From positions 83,803 through 147,802 of the forward strand of contig JBFWVZ010000006.1 of NCBI GenBank assembly GCA_050246475.1: DNA of 64,000 bases, read 5' to 3'. Position numbers and translations under genes: made by a program. Below the pieces are notes generated by a model that saw nothing but the letters and a program-made list of their open reading frames with translations, was not told where the DNA came from and did no database searches. The stretch is from Hyphomonadaceae bacterium. GTDB lineage: Bacteria > Pseudomonadota > Alphaproteobacteria > Caulobacterales > Aquidulcibacteraceae. Shown here one piece after another: positions 31,130 to 41,202 of the stretch (its first letter is position 1; each line of letters begins with the position of its first letter).

Positions 31130-31809
31130 CAGCCCCAACTCTCGAAAAGCGCTCTCGCTTCGCGCCAATCCGCGAGCACGCGCTCGGCGCCCGCATCGCG
31201 GAGCAGGCCGCCTGTCTCGTCAAGGCAATGCCCCCCGCCGGTGAACCCCATCACCCGCATGCCCGCCGCCCGCGCCGAGACGACGCCGTTGATGCTGTCC
31301 TCGATTGCGAGGCATTGCTCCGGATGCATCTCAAGCGCCGCCGCCGCGTGAAGATAGATGTCCGGCGCCGGCTTTCCGTTGGCGACGAGATCGGCCGAAT
31401 AGACGTGCGGCGCGAACGCCTCCCAAAGCCCCGTTCGTTTCAATTTGTATTCGAGAAAGCGCGCGCCCGTTGAACTCGCCACCGCCCGCGCCGTCCGCGC
31501 CGCGTTCACCGCTTCGTGCGCATCCGCCACCGCCTCAAGCCGCGCCTCGCACGCTGCGAACAATTGAGCGCGATGCTGTTCGCGGAAGTCGCGCGGCAGC
31601 CCTTGCCCGGTCGCCGCGCGGCAATCGGAATCGAGCGCCTTGAAGAAGAGCGCATTGTGCATGCCCATGAAGCGGCGGCAGAAGTCCGCGCGCGCGTAGT
31701 GCAGCCCCAGTGCGGCGAGCGCTGAAAGCTCCACGTCGAGCGCCAGCACTTCGCTGTCCACAAGCACGCCGTCGCAGTCGAAGATGATGGCCGGGGGCTT
31801 CTTACTCAT
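31129..31809 (-). CDS. HAD-superfamily hydrolase (phosphatase type)
   Basis: Motif I IIFDCDGVLVDSE and motif IV EDSINGVVSARAAGM. Confidence 0.85.
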   Translation of the reverse strand: MSKKPPAIIFDCDGVLVDSEVLALDVELSALAALGLHYARADFCRRFMGMHNALFFKALDSDCRAATGQGLPRDFREQHRAQLFAACEARLEAVADAHEAVNAARTARAVASSTGARFLEYKLKRTGLWEAFAPHVYSADLVANGKPAPDIYLHAAAALEMHPEQCLAIEDSINGVVSARAAGMRVMGFTGGGHCLDETGGLLRDAGAERVLADWREARALFESWG

Positions 31810-31934
31810 CAGCGCGGACTAAGCGCATCGCGCGCATTGCGCAATTCGTCGCGAACCCGTCTCCTAAGGCGCCGAAGGCGCTTGCTCCGGCCGCGCGGCG
31901 CGCCATGTTGAACGCGCAGTCCAAAGAGGGTTCA

Positions 31935-33065
31935 ATGCAGTTTCGCCGCCGCGCCTTTCTCTATCTTCCCGCCGCCGCTCTGCTCGGCTGCACCAGTGAA
32001 ACGCCAAGCGCCGCCGCCCAGCCGGCGGACGCCGCGAGCCTCGCCGTCGACGTGCTCGCGCGCGGGCTCAACAATCCGTGGTGCGTCGCCTTCCTGCCGG
32101 ACGGCGCGATGCTCATCACCGAGAAGCACGGCCACATCCGCCGCTTCGCGAACGGCCAGCTTTCGCAGGCGCTCGCTGGCGAACCCCAGAACATCCTGCG
32201 CGATGGTCAATCCGGCCTGCAGGACATCGCGCTCGATCCGCGCTTCGCGGAAAACCGCTTGGTCTATGTCTCCTTCATGGAAGAGCAGGAGGGCGCGCGC
32301 CGCCTCGCGCTCTACCGCGCGCGCTATGACGGGCAGGGCTTGAGCGAAGGCCGCGTCATCTTCCGCGGCAGCGTGCGCCGCGGCCGCAACCATCCCGGCG
32401 GCCGCATGCTCTTCCTGCCGGACGAAACCTTGCTCCTGGTCGTCGGCGTGCCGGACGATCATCGCGCTGAAGCACAGGATTTGCGCTCTTATCTCGGCAA
32501 GATCGTCCGCCTCGATCGCGAAGGCCGTCCGCCTACGGACAATCCCTTCCATGGCCGCGCCGATGCGCTCCCGGAAATCTTCACCCTCGGTCACCGCAAC
32601 TCCATGGGCCTCGCCCGCGATTCCGAGACCGGCGTGATCTGGTCCCACGAAAACGGCCCGCGCGGCGGCGATGAACTGAACCTCATCCGCCCCGGCGCGA
32701 ACTATGGCTGGCCCACCGTCACGTTCGGCCGCGAATATTCAGGCGCGATCATCACAAACGAGACAAGCCGCCCCGGCTTCGACGATCCCGTCACGCAATG
32801 GACGCCCTCGATCGCGCCATCTGGCCTCTGCGTTTATCGCGGCCAGGCGTTCCCGAGTTGGCAAGGCGATCTCCTCATCGGCTTCCTCGGCGGCCAGCAA
32901 TTGCGCCGTCTCCGCGTCGCCGAGCGCCAAGTCGCCGAGCAAACGAACCTGCTCACCGATCGCGAACTCCCCCGCATTCGCGACGTCCGCGAAGGCCCCG
33001 ACGGCCTTCTCTATGTCCTGACCGACGGCGACGACGGCGAACTCTGGCGCGTGCGCCCCGCCTGA
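31935..33065 (+). CDS. PQQ-dependent soluble aldose sugar dehydrogenase (YliI-like)
   Basis: Start at MQFRRRAFLYLPAAALLGC (Tat/lipobox-like); GHRNSMGLARD...ENGPRGGDELNLIRPGANYGWP. Confidence 0.8.
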   Translation: MQFRRRAFLYLPAAALLGCTSETPSAAAQPADAASLAVDVLARGLNNPWCVAFLPDGAMLITEKHGHIRRFANGQLSQALAGEPQNILRDGQSGLQDIALDPRFAENRLVYVSFMEEQEGARRLALYRARYDGQGLSEGRVIFRGSVRRGRNHPGGRMLFLPDETLLLVVGVPDDHRAEAQDLRSYLGKIVRLDREGRPPTDNPFHGRADALPEIFTLGHRNSMGLARDSETGVIWSHENGPRGGDELNLIRPGANYGWPTVTFGREYSGAIITNETSRPGFDDPVTQWTPSIAPSGLCVYRGQAFPSWQGDLLIGFLGGQQLRRLRVAERQVAEQTNLLTDRELPRIRDVREGPDGLLYVLTDGDDGELWRVRPA

Positions 33066-33085
33066 CGCGTGCAGTCCGTTGAAGC

Positions 33086-33721
33086 GTGACAGGCGCCGCG
33101 CTATGCGCGCCCATGCCCGCGACGCCGCTTTTCGTCACCAAGCTCTACCGCGCCGAACTCGCCGAGGCGCGCGCGCTCAATATGGAGCTCGCGCTCGCAT
33201 GCCGGACCATCGCCGCCGAAGATCGCGCGGGCCAGGAATGGAGCCGCGAGAAGGGCTACAAGGGCTACACGTCCTACGCCTCGCTCAACGATCTGCCCAA
33301 ACGCGATCCCGCCTTCGCCGAACTGAAAAAGGCGCTCGACCTCCACGCGCGCAAATTCGCGGACGACTTGCACCTCGATCTCAAGAGCCGCCGCCTCGCG
33401 CTCGATTCCATATGGATCAACGTGCTCGAGCCCGGCGGCGTCCACACCGGCCACATTCATCCGCATGCGGTCATTTCCGGCACGTACTATGTGCAAGTTC
33501 CGCCGGGTTCGTCATCGCTCAAGCTCGAAGACCCGCGTTTGCCCTTGATGATGGCCGCGCCGCCACGCCGCGAGCACGCCCCGCTTGAGGAGCAGACCTT
33601 CGTCTATCTGAAGCCCAAGGAAGGCGAAGTGCTGATGTGGGAGAGCTTCGTGCGCCACGAAGTCCCGCCGAACGGCGCCAAGAAAGCCCGCGTCAGCATC
33701 AGCTTCAATTATCGCTGGTGA
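33086..33721 (+). CDS. TIGR02466-like putative 2OG-Fe(II) oxygenase family protein
   Basis: IWINVLEPGGVHTGHIHPHAVISGTYYV...ISFNY pattern. Confidence 0.65.
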   Translation: MTGAALCAPMPATPLFVTKLYRAELAEARALNMELALACRTIAAEDRAGQEWSREKGYKGYTSYASLNDLPKRDPAFAELKKALDLHARKFADDLHLDLKSRRLALDSIWINVLEPGGVHTGHIHPHAVISGTYYVQVPPGSSSLKLEDPRLPLMMAAPPRREHAPLEEQTFVYLKPKEGEVLMWESFVRHEVPPNGAKKARVSISFNYRW

Positions 33722-34480
33722 TCAGAGCGCCGCGATGAGCGCCTTCGCCGCGGCCGGATTGCGCTCCTTGGCGCCGGCAATGAAGAACGCGAAGACGTCG
33801 CGATCCTTGCCCCAATCCTTGAACGTCTTCGCCCAGGACGAAATCTCCGTCTTCGGATAGCCCGTGGCTTCATCCGCCTTCGTGCGCTGCAAGCGGATGT
33901 AGGCGAAATCGGCGGTCTTCAAATCGGGCTGCGGCCAATCATCGTCATCCGCCGCGACGATCGCGCAGCCGTGCTTGCGCAAGAGCGCTTCGAATTCGCC
34001 CGTCTGAAAGCTCTTGTCGCGCACCTCGATCGCGTGCCGGAGCGCCACGCCTTTGTGCTCCTTCGGCAAAAGCGAAAGGAAGCGCTCGAAATAGTCGGCC
34101 GCGAACTTCTTCGAAGGATGGAACTGCCAATTGATCGCGCCCAAACGCGCGCCAAGCTCCGTCACGCCGCTGCCGACGAAGTGCCCAATCGAATCCTTCA
34201 TCTCCTGGGGCGTCTTGCGGCTCATGCAATAATTGTGAGCCTTGACCGTGAAGACGAAATCCTCCGGCGTCTCGCCCGCCCATTTCTGAAACGTCGCCGG
34301 CGTTTGCGTGCGATAGAACGTGCCGTTGATCTCGATCGTCGTCAGCTGGCGCGACGCATACTCAAGCTGCCGCTTCTTCGCGAGATCGGCGGGATAAAAC
34401 GTCTCGTTCCAAGGATCGTACGTCCATCCGCCCACGCCCACGCGAATAGGATGTCCGGTTTTGGCTTCCTTCTTGGCCAT
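33722..34480 (-). CDS. DUF72 (YecE-like) protein
   Basis: IRVGVGGWTYDPWNETFYP...LEYASRQLTTIEINGTFYR is typical of DUF72. Confidence 0.85.
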   Translation of the reverse strand: MAKKEAKTGHPIRVGVGGWTYDPWNETFYPADLAKKRQLEYASRQLTTIEINGTFYRTQTPATFQKWAGETPEDFVFTVKAHNYCMSRKTPQEMKDSIGHFVGSGVTELGARLGAINWQFHPSKKFAADYFERFLSLLPKEHKGVALRHAIEVRDKSFQTGEFEALLRKHGCAIVAADDDDWPQPDLKTADFAYIRLQRTKADEATGYPKTEISSWAKTFKDWGKDRDVFAFFIAGAKERNPAAAKALIAAL

Positions 34481-34553
34481 CAGGCGCGCCTCCGGTCGCG
34501 GCGTTCAAATACCGTCGTACCAGGACGATCGTCCACCCCGTTCCGATTTGTCG

Positions 34554-35399
34554 CTAGATAGCGCTGAAGAACGCGTGGTCGACGGACACCTCTTCTACCA
34601 TTCGCACTCCAACGCCAAGCGCGCGTTCCTTCAAGAGCAAGCACAATGCCTCGCCATCGATCAAGTCGATCGCCGGAGCACCATCGCGCGTTGCTTCCTT
34701 CCGCGCTTCGGCGGTGAAAGTGCTAGTTGTTATGACGATGCCCTTATCGGCGCGACCGACCATTGCACCACGAAAATCACGAACGACGCTTGGGCCTACC
34801 GACGATTGCCAGCGTTTGCATTGAAACAAGACTTGAAAGGAAACGAGGTTCACTCGCAGAACGCCAATCCCATCAATTCCCCCGTCTCCGGATTTCCCTG
34901 TGACCTCGACCTTTGTGAAGCCGGACTCGCGCAACAGTCTCTGTGCGAGGCGTTCGAATGCGGCAGGCGGCATCGCGCCAAGAGTTTCGAGCAAGCGATC
35001 AATCCAAGTCTCCTCGCCATCCTCGAACTCTTCGTCAACAGCATCTGGTTCCGGCTCGACGGCATTTGCGCGGCGTTCCGCCCGAACTCGACGAAAGATT
35101 TCCTTCGCCTCTTCGGACGACATTCGTTCGCCATAGTCGGTGAGTGACCAGACTGCGCGTTCGCTATTCTCGACCGCCCCGACCTTCTTAAGATACGTAC
35201 GAACCCAAGCAAGCCGGTACTGAAACTCAGTGCGCGAACCGCGTGTGTGCGGAATTGAGAGTACATCGTCGGACAATTGGAGGAGGCGCGAGACTCCGTC
35301 TTCGATCTCTTCGATAGTCGCTGATCCACCGCGCTCACGAATGGATTCGAGCGTGGGCATGACCAGGTTGGGGTAGGCAAGCTCGGTGGGCCTTGGCAT
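34554..35399 (-). CDS. mrr: Mrr-family type IV restriction endonuclease
   Basis: Mrr N-terminal winged helix (MPTLESIRERGGSATIEEI) plus a PD-(D/E)xK catalytic core (GDGGIDGIG...FQCKRW). GC content and GC3 bias are visibly lower than in the flanking genes. Confidence 0.85.
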   Translation of the reverse strand: MPRPTELAYPNLVMPTLESIRERGGSATIEEIEDGVSRLLQLSDDVLSIPHTRGSRTEFQYRLAWVRTYLKKVGAVENSERAVWSLTDYGERMSSEEAKEIFRRVRAERRANAVEPEPDAVDEEFEDGEETWIDRLLETLGAMPPAAFERLAQRLLRESGFTKVEVTGKSGDGGIDGIGVLRVNLVSFQVLFQCKRWQSSVGPSVVRDFRGAMVGRADKGIVITTSTFTAEARKEATRDGAPAIDLIDGEALCLLLKERALGVGVRMVEEVSVDHAFFSAI

Positions 35400-35405
35400 G
35401 CGTCG

Positions 35406-35428
35406 CTCCCCGAATGTGATTCGGGGAG
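35406..35428 (-). terminator. 10-bp perfect hairpin between the rpoD stop and the mrr start
   Basis: CTCCCCGAAT-GTG-ATTCGGGGAG. On the mRNA the 3' arm AUUCGGGGAG ends 6 nt before the mrr AUG and contains its only SD-like sequence. No U-tract follows. Confidence 0.45.
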
Positions 35429-35441
35429 GATAGACGCAATC

Positions 35442-37736
35442 TTAGTTATCCAAGAAGCTCCGCAGCTTCCGTGACCGCGACGGATGCTTGAGCTTCCTCA
35501 GCGCCTTCGCTTCAATCTGCCGGATCCGCTCGCGCGTCACGCTGAATTGCTGGCCGACTTCTTCGAGCGTGTGATCGGTGTTCATGCCGATGCCGAAGCG
35601 CATCCGGAGCACGCGCTCCTCGCGCGGCGTGAGCGAGGCGAGCACGCGCGTCGTCGTCTCACGCAAATTGCTCTGGATCGCGGCGTCGACCGGCAGCACG
35701 GCGCTCTTGTCCTCGATGAAATCGCCGAGGTGTGAATCTTCTTCATCGCCAATCGGCGTTTCAAGAGAGATCGGCTCCTTGGCGATCTTCATCACCTTGC
35801 GAACCTTCTCCAAAGGCAGGCCGAGCTTTTCAGCCAATTCCTCCGGCGTCGGCTCGCGGCCGATCTCGTGCAGCATCTGGCGCGAGGTCCGCACCAATTT
35901 GTTGATCGTCTCGATCATGTGCACGGGAATGCGGATCGTGCGCGCTTGGTCCGCGATGGACCGCGTGATCGCTTGGCGAATCCACCACGTCGCGTAGGTC
36001 GAGAACTTGTAGCCGCGACGGTACTCGAACTTATCGACCGCTTTCATGAGGCCGATATTGCCTTCCTGAATGAGATCCAGGAATTGCAGGCCGCGGTTCG
36101 TGTATTTCTTCGCGATCGAGATGACGAGACGGAGGTTGGCCTCCACCATCTCCTTCTTCGCCTGGCGCGCTTCGCGCTCGCCCTTCTGCACCGCGTGCAC
36201 GATGCGGCGGTATTCGTCGATCGGAACGCCGGTCTCTTTCGCGAGCGCGGAAATCTCGTTGCGGATTTCAACGATGGCGTCGGCTTCGCTCTTCACGAAC
36301 TTCGCCCAGCCCTTCGAGCGCGCCTCGACCTTCTCGACCCAGCGCGGATCGAGCTCGCTGCCCTGATAGGCGTCCAGGAATTCCCCGCGCGGCACGCCGT
36401 TGCCGTCCGCGAGCCGCATCAGCTTGCCTTCGAGCGAGATGAGCTTCTTGTTGATCGCGTAGAGCTGCTCGACGAGGCTCTCGATCCGCGCATTGTTGAG
36501 CTTGAGCTTCTTCAGCTCCTCGATGATCGTATTCTGCGCGCCGTCGTAGGTTTCGGCCTGCGCACCCGGCAGCGAGCGGCCCTTGAGCCGCGCCGAAATG
36601 CGCTTGTCCTGCAGCTTGCGGAAATCCTCGAACGCGTGCGCGATCGCATCGAGCGTCGCCATCACGCCTTCCTTGAGTTCGGCCTCCATCGCCGACATCG
36701 AGATCGCCGCCTCGTCGTCGAAATCGTCCGAATCCGGATTTTCGCCTTCTGCGCCCTCGGGCTTCTCGCCGCCTTCCTCGCCCTCGGCCTCTTCGCCTTC
36801 CGCCGCTTCGAGCGCGGCGGGGGCGGGGCCGGTCTCGGCGCCGTAGGTCGCTTCAAGATCGATGATGTCGCGGAGCAGGATCTGCTGGTTCCGCAATTCG
36901 TCGCGCCACACCATGATGGCTTCAAACGTCAGTGGGCTTTCGCACAGCCCGCGGATCATCGCGTCGCGCCCGGCTTCGATCCGCTTGGCGATGGCGATTT
37001 CGCCCTCGCGCGAAAGGAGCTCCACCGAGCCCATCTCTCGCAGATACATCCGCACCGGATCGTCCGTGCGGTCCGCGTCTTCGCGCGTATTGGTGACGGG
37101 CGGCTTGCCGTCCTCGCGCTTGGCGAGCGCGGTCTGCGCGGAATCTTCCTGCTCGGCTTCCGCTTCTTCTTCGCTGTCGACGACATTGATGCCCATGTCG
37201 TTGAGCTGCGACATCACATCTTCGATCTGGTCGGCGCTGAACTCTTCGCTCGGCAGCACCTTGTTGAGCTCTTCGTGCGTGACGAAGCCGCGCGCCTTCG
37301 CGGCCTTGATCATCTTCTTCACCGCCGCGTCGGAGAGATCGAGGATCGGGCCGTCCGGCGAAGACTCGTCCTTGTCGCCGCCGCCTTCGTCAGCCTTGGC
37401 GTTCTTCGTCTTGCGCAGCCCCTGCGGCGCCTCGGGCGCGGGCTTCGGCGTATCGATCTTGGCTTCGATCTTTTCCGCGATCTTCTCGGCGGTCTTCACA
37501 TTGGCGGGCCTGGCCGCGACGGGCTTTGCAGCCTTCGCGGCGGGCGCGGGCGCGGCCTTCTTCGGCTCGGCCTTTGGCTCCGGCTTCGCCGGTTTCGCCG
37601 GCGCAGCCTTCGCCGCAGCCTTGGGCGCGACTTTCTTCGGCGCGGGTTTCACGGGCGCGGCCTTCTTCGCCGCCGCTTTCGCGGGCGCCTTGGCCGGAGC
37701 TTTCGTCTTCACCTTTTCACTCGTCTTCCGCGCCAT
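35442..37736 (-). CDS. rpoD: RNA polymerase sigma-70 factor RpoD with a long Lys/Ala/Pro-rich N-terminal extension
   Basis: Regions 2-4 are conserved ([48 protein letters not shown]; [14 protein letters not shown]). ATG 37736 preferred (GAGGA upstream); the track uses GTG 37745. Confidence 0.95.
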   Translation of the reverse strand: MARKTSEKVKTKAPAKAPAKAAAKKAAPVKPAPKKVAPKAAAKAAPAKPAKPEPKAEPKKAAPAPAAKAAKPVAARPANVKTAEKIAEKIEAKIDTPKPAPEAPQGLRKTKNAKADEGGGDKDESSPDGPILDLSDAAVKKMIKAAKARGFVTHEELNKVLPSEEFSADQIEDVMSQLNDMGINVVDSEEEAEAEQEDSAQTALAKREDGKPPVTNTREDADRTDDPVRMYLREMGSVELLSREGEIAIAKRIEAGRDAMIRGLCESPLTFEAIMVWRDELRNQQILLRDIIDLEATYGAETGPAPAALEAAEGEEAEGEEGGEKPEGAEGENPDSDDFDDEAAISMSAMEAELKEGVMATLDAIAHAFEDFRKLQDKRISARLKGRSLPGAQAETYDGAQNTIIEELKKLKLNNARIESLVEQLYAINKKLISLEGKLMRLADGNGVPRGEFLDAYQGSELDPRWVEKVEARSKGWAKFVKSEADAIVEIRNEISALAKETGVPIDEYRRIVHAVQKGEREARQAKKEMVEANLRLVISIAKKYTNRGLQFLDLIQEGNIGLMKAVDKFEYRRGYKFSTYATWWIRQAITRSIADQARTIRIPVHMIETINKLVRTSRQMLHEIGREPTPEELAEKLGLPLEKVRKVMKIAKEPISLETPIGDEEDSHLGDFIEDKSAVLPVDAAIQSNLRETTTRVLASLTPREERVLRMRFGIGMNTDHTLEEVGQQFSVTRERIRQIEAKALRKLKHPSRSRKLRSFLDN

Positions 37737-39738
37737 TGTCCTCACCGTGTTGATCGCCCGCGCGTTGGCTCAAGAGGAGCGCCTCGCTGGCTGCGCGCAG
37801 TCTGTCGCGCAATAATTCCTGTGCTCTGGCCATTGCGGCCGGATCGTCGTCCACGCTGTCCCGGAGCGCCCGGGCCTCTTGGCGGATCGCGGCGGAAGCA
37901 AGATCGACGCCGATCGCCGCCTCCCATTCCGCTTCATTGACCGAATTGATCGGCCGGGGCCGCGCGGCTTTAGCCTTCATGCCCCCCCGGATCGCCACGC
38001 GCTCGCCCGTCTGTCCGGGGGAGGCGAGAGCTTCCGGTTTCGCGCTCTCCGGCGCCGCCAACGCCGTCCAGTCGCGGTCCAAATCCTCTTTTGAAATCTT
38101 CGGCCGGGGCCAGGTGTCCAAACGGGCCGCCGCGCGCGCCTCTCCCAAGTGGCGGAGATGGAGCGCGAGCGCCGCCCGGTCAACACTTTGCATGTGGTGC
38201 CAGAGGTCCAAAAGCGCTGATTTTATGCAGGCGATCTCCCGATCGCGGGTTTCGAGGCGCGCCAGCGCGTCCGCGCCCCGGTCGAGCAGATCCGGATGGT
38301 CCACCGCGAGGCGGACGAGGCGCTCCGTGTTGGCGTCCCGCCGCGCCGCCGCATGGGCCTTGAGCTCGGCGGTCGGGCCCGCCGGAGGAGGGGTCCAGCG
38401 GCCGCCCGCAGGCCGCCGCCCGGGCGTGAAGGGCGCACGGTCCTGGCGCGGCTGAAAGCCGAGCGCCGCATCCGCCTTTGCGAGCAATTCCTTGATGTAG
38501 AGCCGCCGCGTCTCCTCATCCGCGATACGGTGCGCCGCGTCCCTGAGCCGTTTCTTGAATGCGGCTTTGGCCTCCGGCGTCTCGAGCGGCGCACGCGCCT
38601 TCTCACGCTCGAAGAGCGCCGCGACCGCCGGCTGTGCGTTCTCTAGCAGCGCCTTGAGCGCTTGGGGCCCCTCCGCGCGGAAGACATCGTCGGGATCCTT
38701 GCCCGCAGGCAGCACCGCAATCTTCACCGTGCGCCCAGGCCCCAGGAAGGGCAGCGCCAGATCGAGCGCGCGTTCGGCGGCGCGAATGCCCGCTGCGTCG
38801 CCGTCGAAGCAGAGGATGGGTTCTCCGCCCGCGCGCCAGACAAGTTGCAGCTGATCTTCCGTGAGAGCGGTGCCGAGCGGCGCGACCGCGCCGACGCCCG
38901 CGCGCTCGAATGCGATGACGTCGAGATAGCCCTCCGCGACCACGAGACCGCCCGCCTTGGCCTTCGCCGCCAGTTCGCGCGCCTGCTTCAAGCGATAGAG
39001 CGTGCGCCCTTTGTGAAAGAGCGGCGTCTCCGGCGAGTTGATGTATTTCGCGGGGTTCGCGGGATCGAGCGCGCGCGCCCCGAATGCGATGACTTTCCCG
39101 CCCGCGTCTGCGATTTCGAAAGTGATCCGTTCACGGATGAAGTCGAAGGCGCGCTTGTCGCCTTCGCCCGGCTTCATGAGCCCAGCTTCCGCCAGTTCCT
39201 CGGCGGTGAACGCGCTCTTCATCTTGTCGATGAGCCACGTCCAGCCGCCCGGCGCGTAGCCGATGCCGAAGCGCTCGCAAAGATCGCTGTTGAACCCGCG
39301 CTCCGCGAGATAGGCGCGCGCGGCGCGCCCTTCGCCCGCCATCAGCGCTTCGCCGTAGAGCGAGGCCGCGCGCCCCATCGCCTCATAGAGCCGCCTGCGC
39401 CGCGCCGATTCTTCTTTGTCCTCATGCTCGTCGACGGGGAGCGGCACGCCCGCGAAATTGGCGACCCGCTCAACCGTCTCCGGAAAGCTCCCGCCTTCGA
39501 GCTTCATGGAAAGCGTAAAGACATCCCCCGAAGCCCCGCAGCCGAAGCATTTGTAGATCCCCTTGGCGTCCAGCACGTGGAAGGAGGCGGATTTCTCGGT
39601 ATGAAAGGGGCAGCAGGCCCAGTAATCGCCCTTGGCGGGTTGGCTTTTCTTCTTATCCCAGGCCAAGCGCTTGCCGGCGTAGTCCGCGATGGACACGCGT
39701 TCTCTCAAGGCGCGCAAAAAGGCGTCCGAAAACCGCAT
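37717..39738 (-). CDS. dnaG: DNA primase
   Basis: Zinc finger [13 protein letters not shown]...CFGCGASGD and TOPRIM motif [10 protein letters not shown]. Confidence 0.95.
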   Translation of the reverse strand: MRFSDAFLRALRERVSIADYAGKRLAWDKKKSQPAKGDYWACCPFHTEKSASFHVLDAKGIYKCFGCGASGDVFTLSMKLEGGSFPETVERVANFAGVPLPVDEHEDKEESARRRRLYEAMGRAASLYGEALMAGEGRAARAYLAERGFNSDLCERFGIGYAPGGWTWLIDKMKSAFTAEELAEAGLMKPGEGDKRAFDFIRERITFEIADAGGKVIAFGARALDPANPAKYINSPETPLFHKGRTLYRLKQARELAAKAKAGGLVVAEGYLDVIAFERAGVGAVAPLGTALTEDQLQLVWRAGGEPILCFDGDAAGIRAAERALDLALPFLGPGRTVKIAVLPAGKDPDDVFRAEGPQALKALLENAQPAVAALFEREKARAPLETPEAKAAFKKRLRDAAHRIADEETRRLYIKELLAKADAALGFQPRQDRAPFTPGRRPAGGRWTPPPAGPTAELKAHAAARRDANTERLVRLAVDHPDLLDRGADALARLETRDREIACIKSALLDLWHHMQSVDRAALALHLRHLGEARAAARLDTWPRPKISKEDLDRDWTALAAPESAKPEALASPGQTGERVAIRGGMKAKAARPRPINSVNEAEWEAAIGVDLASAAIRQEARALRDSVDDDPAAMARAQELLRDRLRAASEALLLSQRAGDQHGEDNGAEDE

Positions 39739-39944
39739 CGGGTCCGAAACTCTCCAGGGAAGCCCCCATTATACACTGATTCGCCGGGCCCTCTGTTTTC
39801 ACGGTGCTTTTCGCCCTCTCCGAAACGTGATGCCGCCGGATCGTCCGCACACGGCTGAAACACGCCGCCGCCGCAATTTGGGCGCGCTCGCAAGGCTTTC
39901 CTCCGGGCCGAGGGGTTCTAATTCCTCAAAAGGAGGACGTTCAC

Positions 39945-40676
39945 ATGCGTAAATTGGCGTTGGCCGCCGCGACCGGCGCGTTGCTCTTGGCCGCGTCTCC
40001 CGCGGGGGCTCAGGTTGCGGTCCAGCCGCATCCCGGTCTGGTCGCCATCGAAGGCGCGCTGCTCACCGTCTCGGCTGAAGCGCGCGTCGATGCCGCGCCC
40101 GATTTGGCCACCATCAATCTGGGCGTGACGACAGAGGGCCAAACCGCCCAGGCCGCTATGCAGGCAAACGCGCAGCGCATGACGGGCCTCATGGCCGCGC
40201 TTCGCCGCGCCGGCGTCGCCGAGCGCGACGTGCAGACCTCCAACATCTCGATCAACCCGCAATACGTGTACGGGGAGGGCGTGCCCCCGCGCATCACCGG
40301 CTACCAGGCCTCCAACCAGGTCACGGTCCGCGTGCGCGATCTCGCCAATCTCGGCCGCACCATCGATTCAACGGTGGCGGCGGGAGGCAACACCATCAAC
40401 GGCGTTTCCTTCTCGATCGACGATCCCGAGCCGCAGCTCAACGAAGCCCGCACCCGCGCGATGACGCGCGCGCGCGAACGCGCCGATCTCTACGCGCGCG
40501 CCGCCAACATGCGCGTCCACCGCATCGTCTCCATTTCGGAAGGCTACAACGTCCCGCCGCCGATCCCGATGCCGATGATGATGCGCTCGGAAGCCGCCAA
40601 CGATGCATCCTCGCCCATTTCGCCCGGCGAAGTCCGCACCACGGCGAACGTCACGGTCGTCTTCGAACTGCGCTAA
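39945..40676 (+). CDS. SIMPL/DUF541 periplasmic protein (BP26/Omp28-like)
   Basis: Signal peptide, then a SIMPL-type pattern (GYQASNQVTVRVRDL...INGVSFSIDDPE...AR..A). AAGGAGG lies upstream. Confidence 0.8.
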   Translation: MRKLALAAATGALLLAASPAGAQVAVQPHPGLVAIEGALLTVSAEARVDAAPDLATINLGVTTEGQTAQAAMQANAQRMTGLMAALRRAGVAERDVQTSNISINPQYVYGEGVPPRITGYQASNQVTVRVRDLANLGRTIDSTVAAGGNTINGVSFSIDDPEPQLNEARTRAMTRARERADLYARAANMRVHRIVSISEGYNVPPPIPMPMMMRSEAANDASSPISPGEVRTTANVTVVFELR

Positions 40677-40688
40677 GCAGAAAGCGCC

Positions 40689-40715
40689 CCGACCGCCCCT
40701 CGATGGGGCGGTCGG
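40689..40715. terminator. 11-bp GC hairpin between convergent genes
   Basis: CCGACCGCCCC-TCGAT-GGGGCGGTCGG, 13 nt after the SIMPL stop. Confidence 0.5.
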
Positions 40716-40777
40716 TCACGCGCAGCGTGACCGGGTGGGGTGCGCCCGCCTCTCGCGACGACTTGGCTCGTGCGGCG

Positions 40778-41128
40778 CTACGCCGTGGCAAAAAGATAAA
40801 CCGCAAAGAGCGCCGCAAACGCGCTGTCGATGATTGCTGCCGTGAGCGCGCGTGTCTTCGTGTAGCGCCCGCCCGATCCGAACACGAGGAGCGCGAAGAA
40901 GACCTTGCCCGTTCCTGAGATGATGAGCGCCGGCGCCCGCATGCTCACATCGACGAACGCGGCGTAGAGGAGGAAGAGCGCGCTCGCACAGATCAGGAAG
41001 CCCCAATTCCGAACCACAATCGTCGCCGCGGGCGATTCAAGACCTTCTCCAAACATCGAAGCAAACGTCGCCTTCGGCGCAAAGACCGCTTGCGCCATCG
41101 TGAGCGTCAAAAGCCCCGCGACCGGCAT
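40778..41128 (-). CDS. Small multi-pass membrane protein, unknown family
   Basis: 116 aa with four hydrophobic segments and GC3 bias. Confidence 0.45.
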   Translation of the reverse strand: MPVAGLLTLTMAQAVFAPKATFASMFGEGLESPAATIVVRNWGFLICASALFLLYAAFVDVSMRAPALIISGTGKVFFALLVFGSGGRYTKTRALTAAIIDSAFAALFAVYLFATA

Positions 41129-41202
41129 CAGCCACTGAAAATTTGTCCGTGTACAGCGCCATGCCGCCCTCCCACCTTGAGCGGCAAACTATCAGCAAAC
41201 GG

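Noticed and set aside
37717-37745. dnaG/rpoD overlap considered as a programmed frameshift or fusion.
   Set aside because: I saw no slippery heptamer. rpoD has its own SD (GAGGA) and ATG, so an ordinary short overlap of adjacent genes explains it.
35868-37940. 690-aa plus-strand ORF, plus a 317-aa ORF (36862-37815).
   Set aside because: Both are antisense to rpoD/dnaG, whose identities are unambiguous. The composition is Arg/Leu/Gly-rich and non-protein-like.
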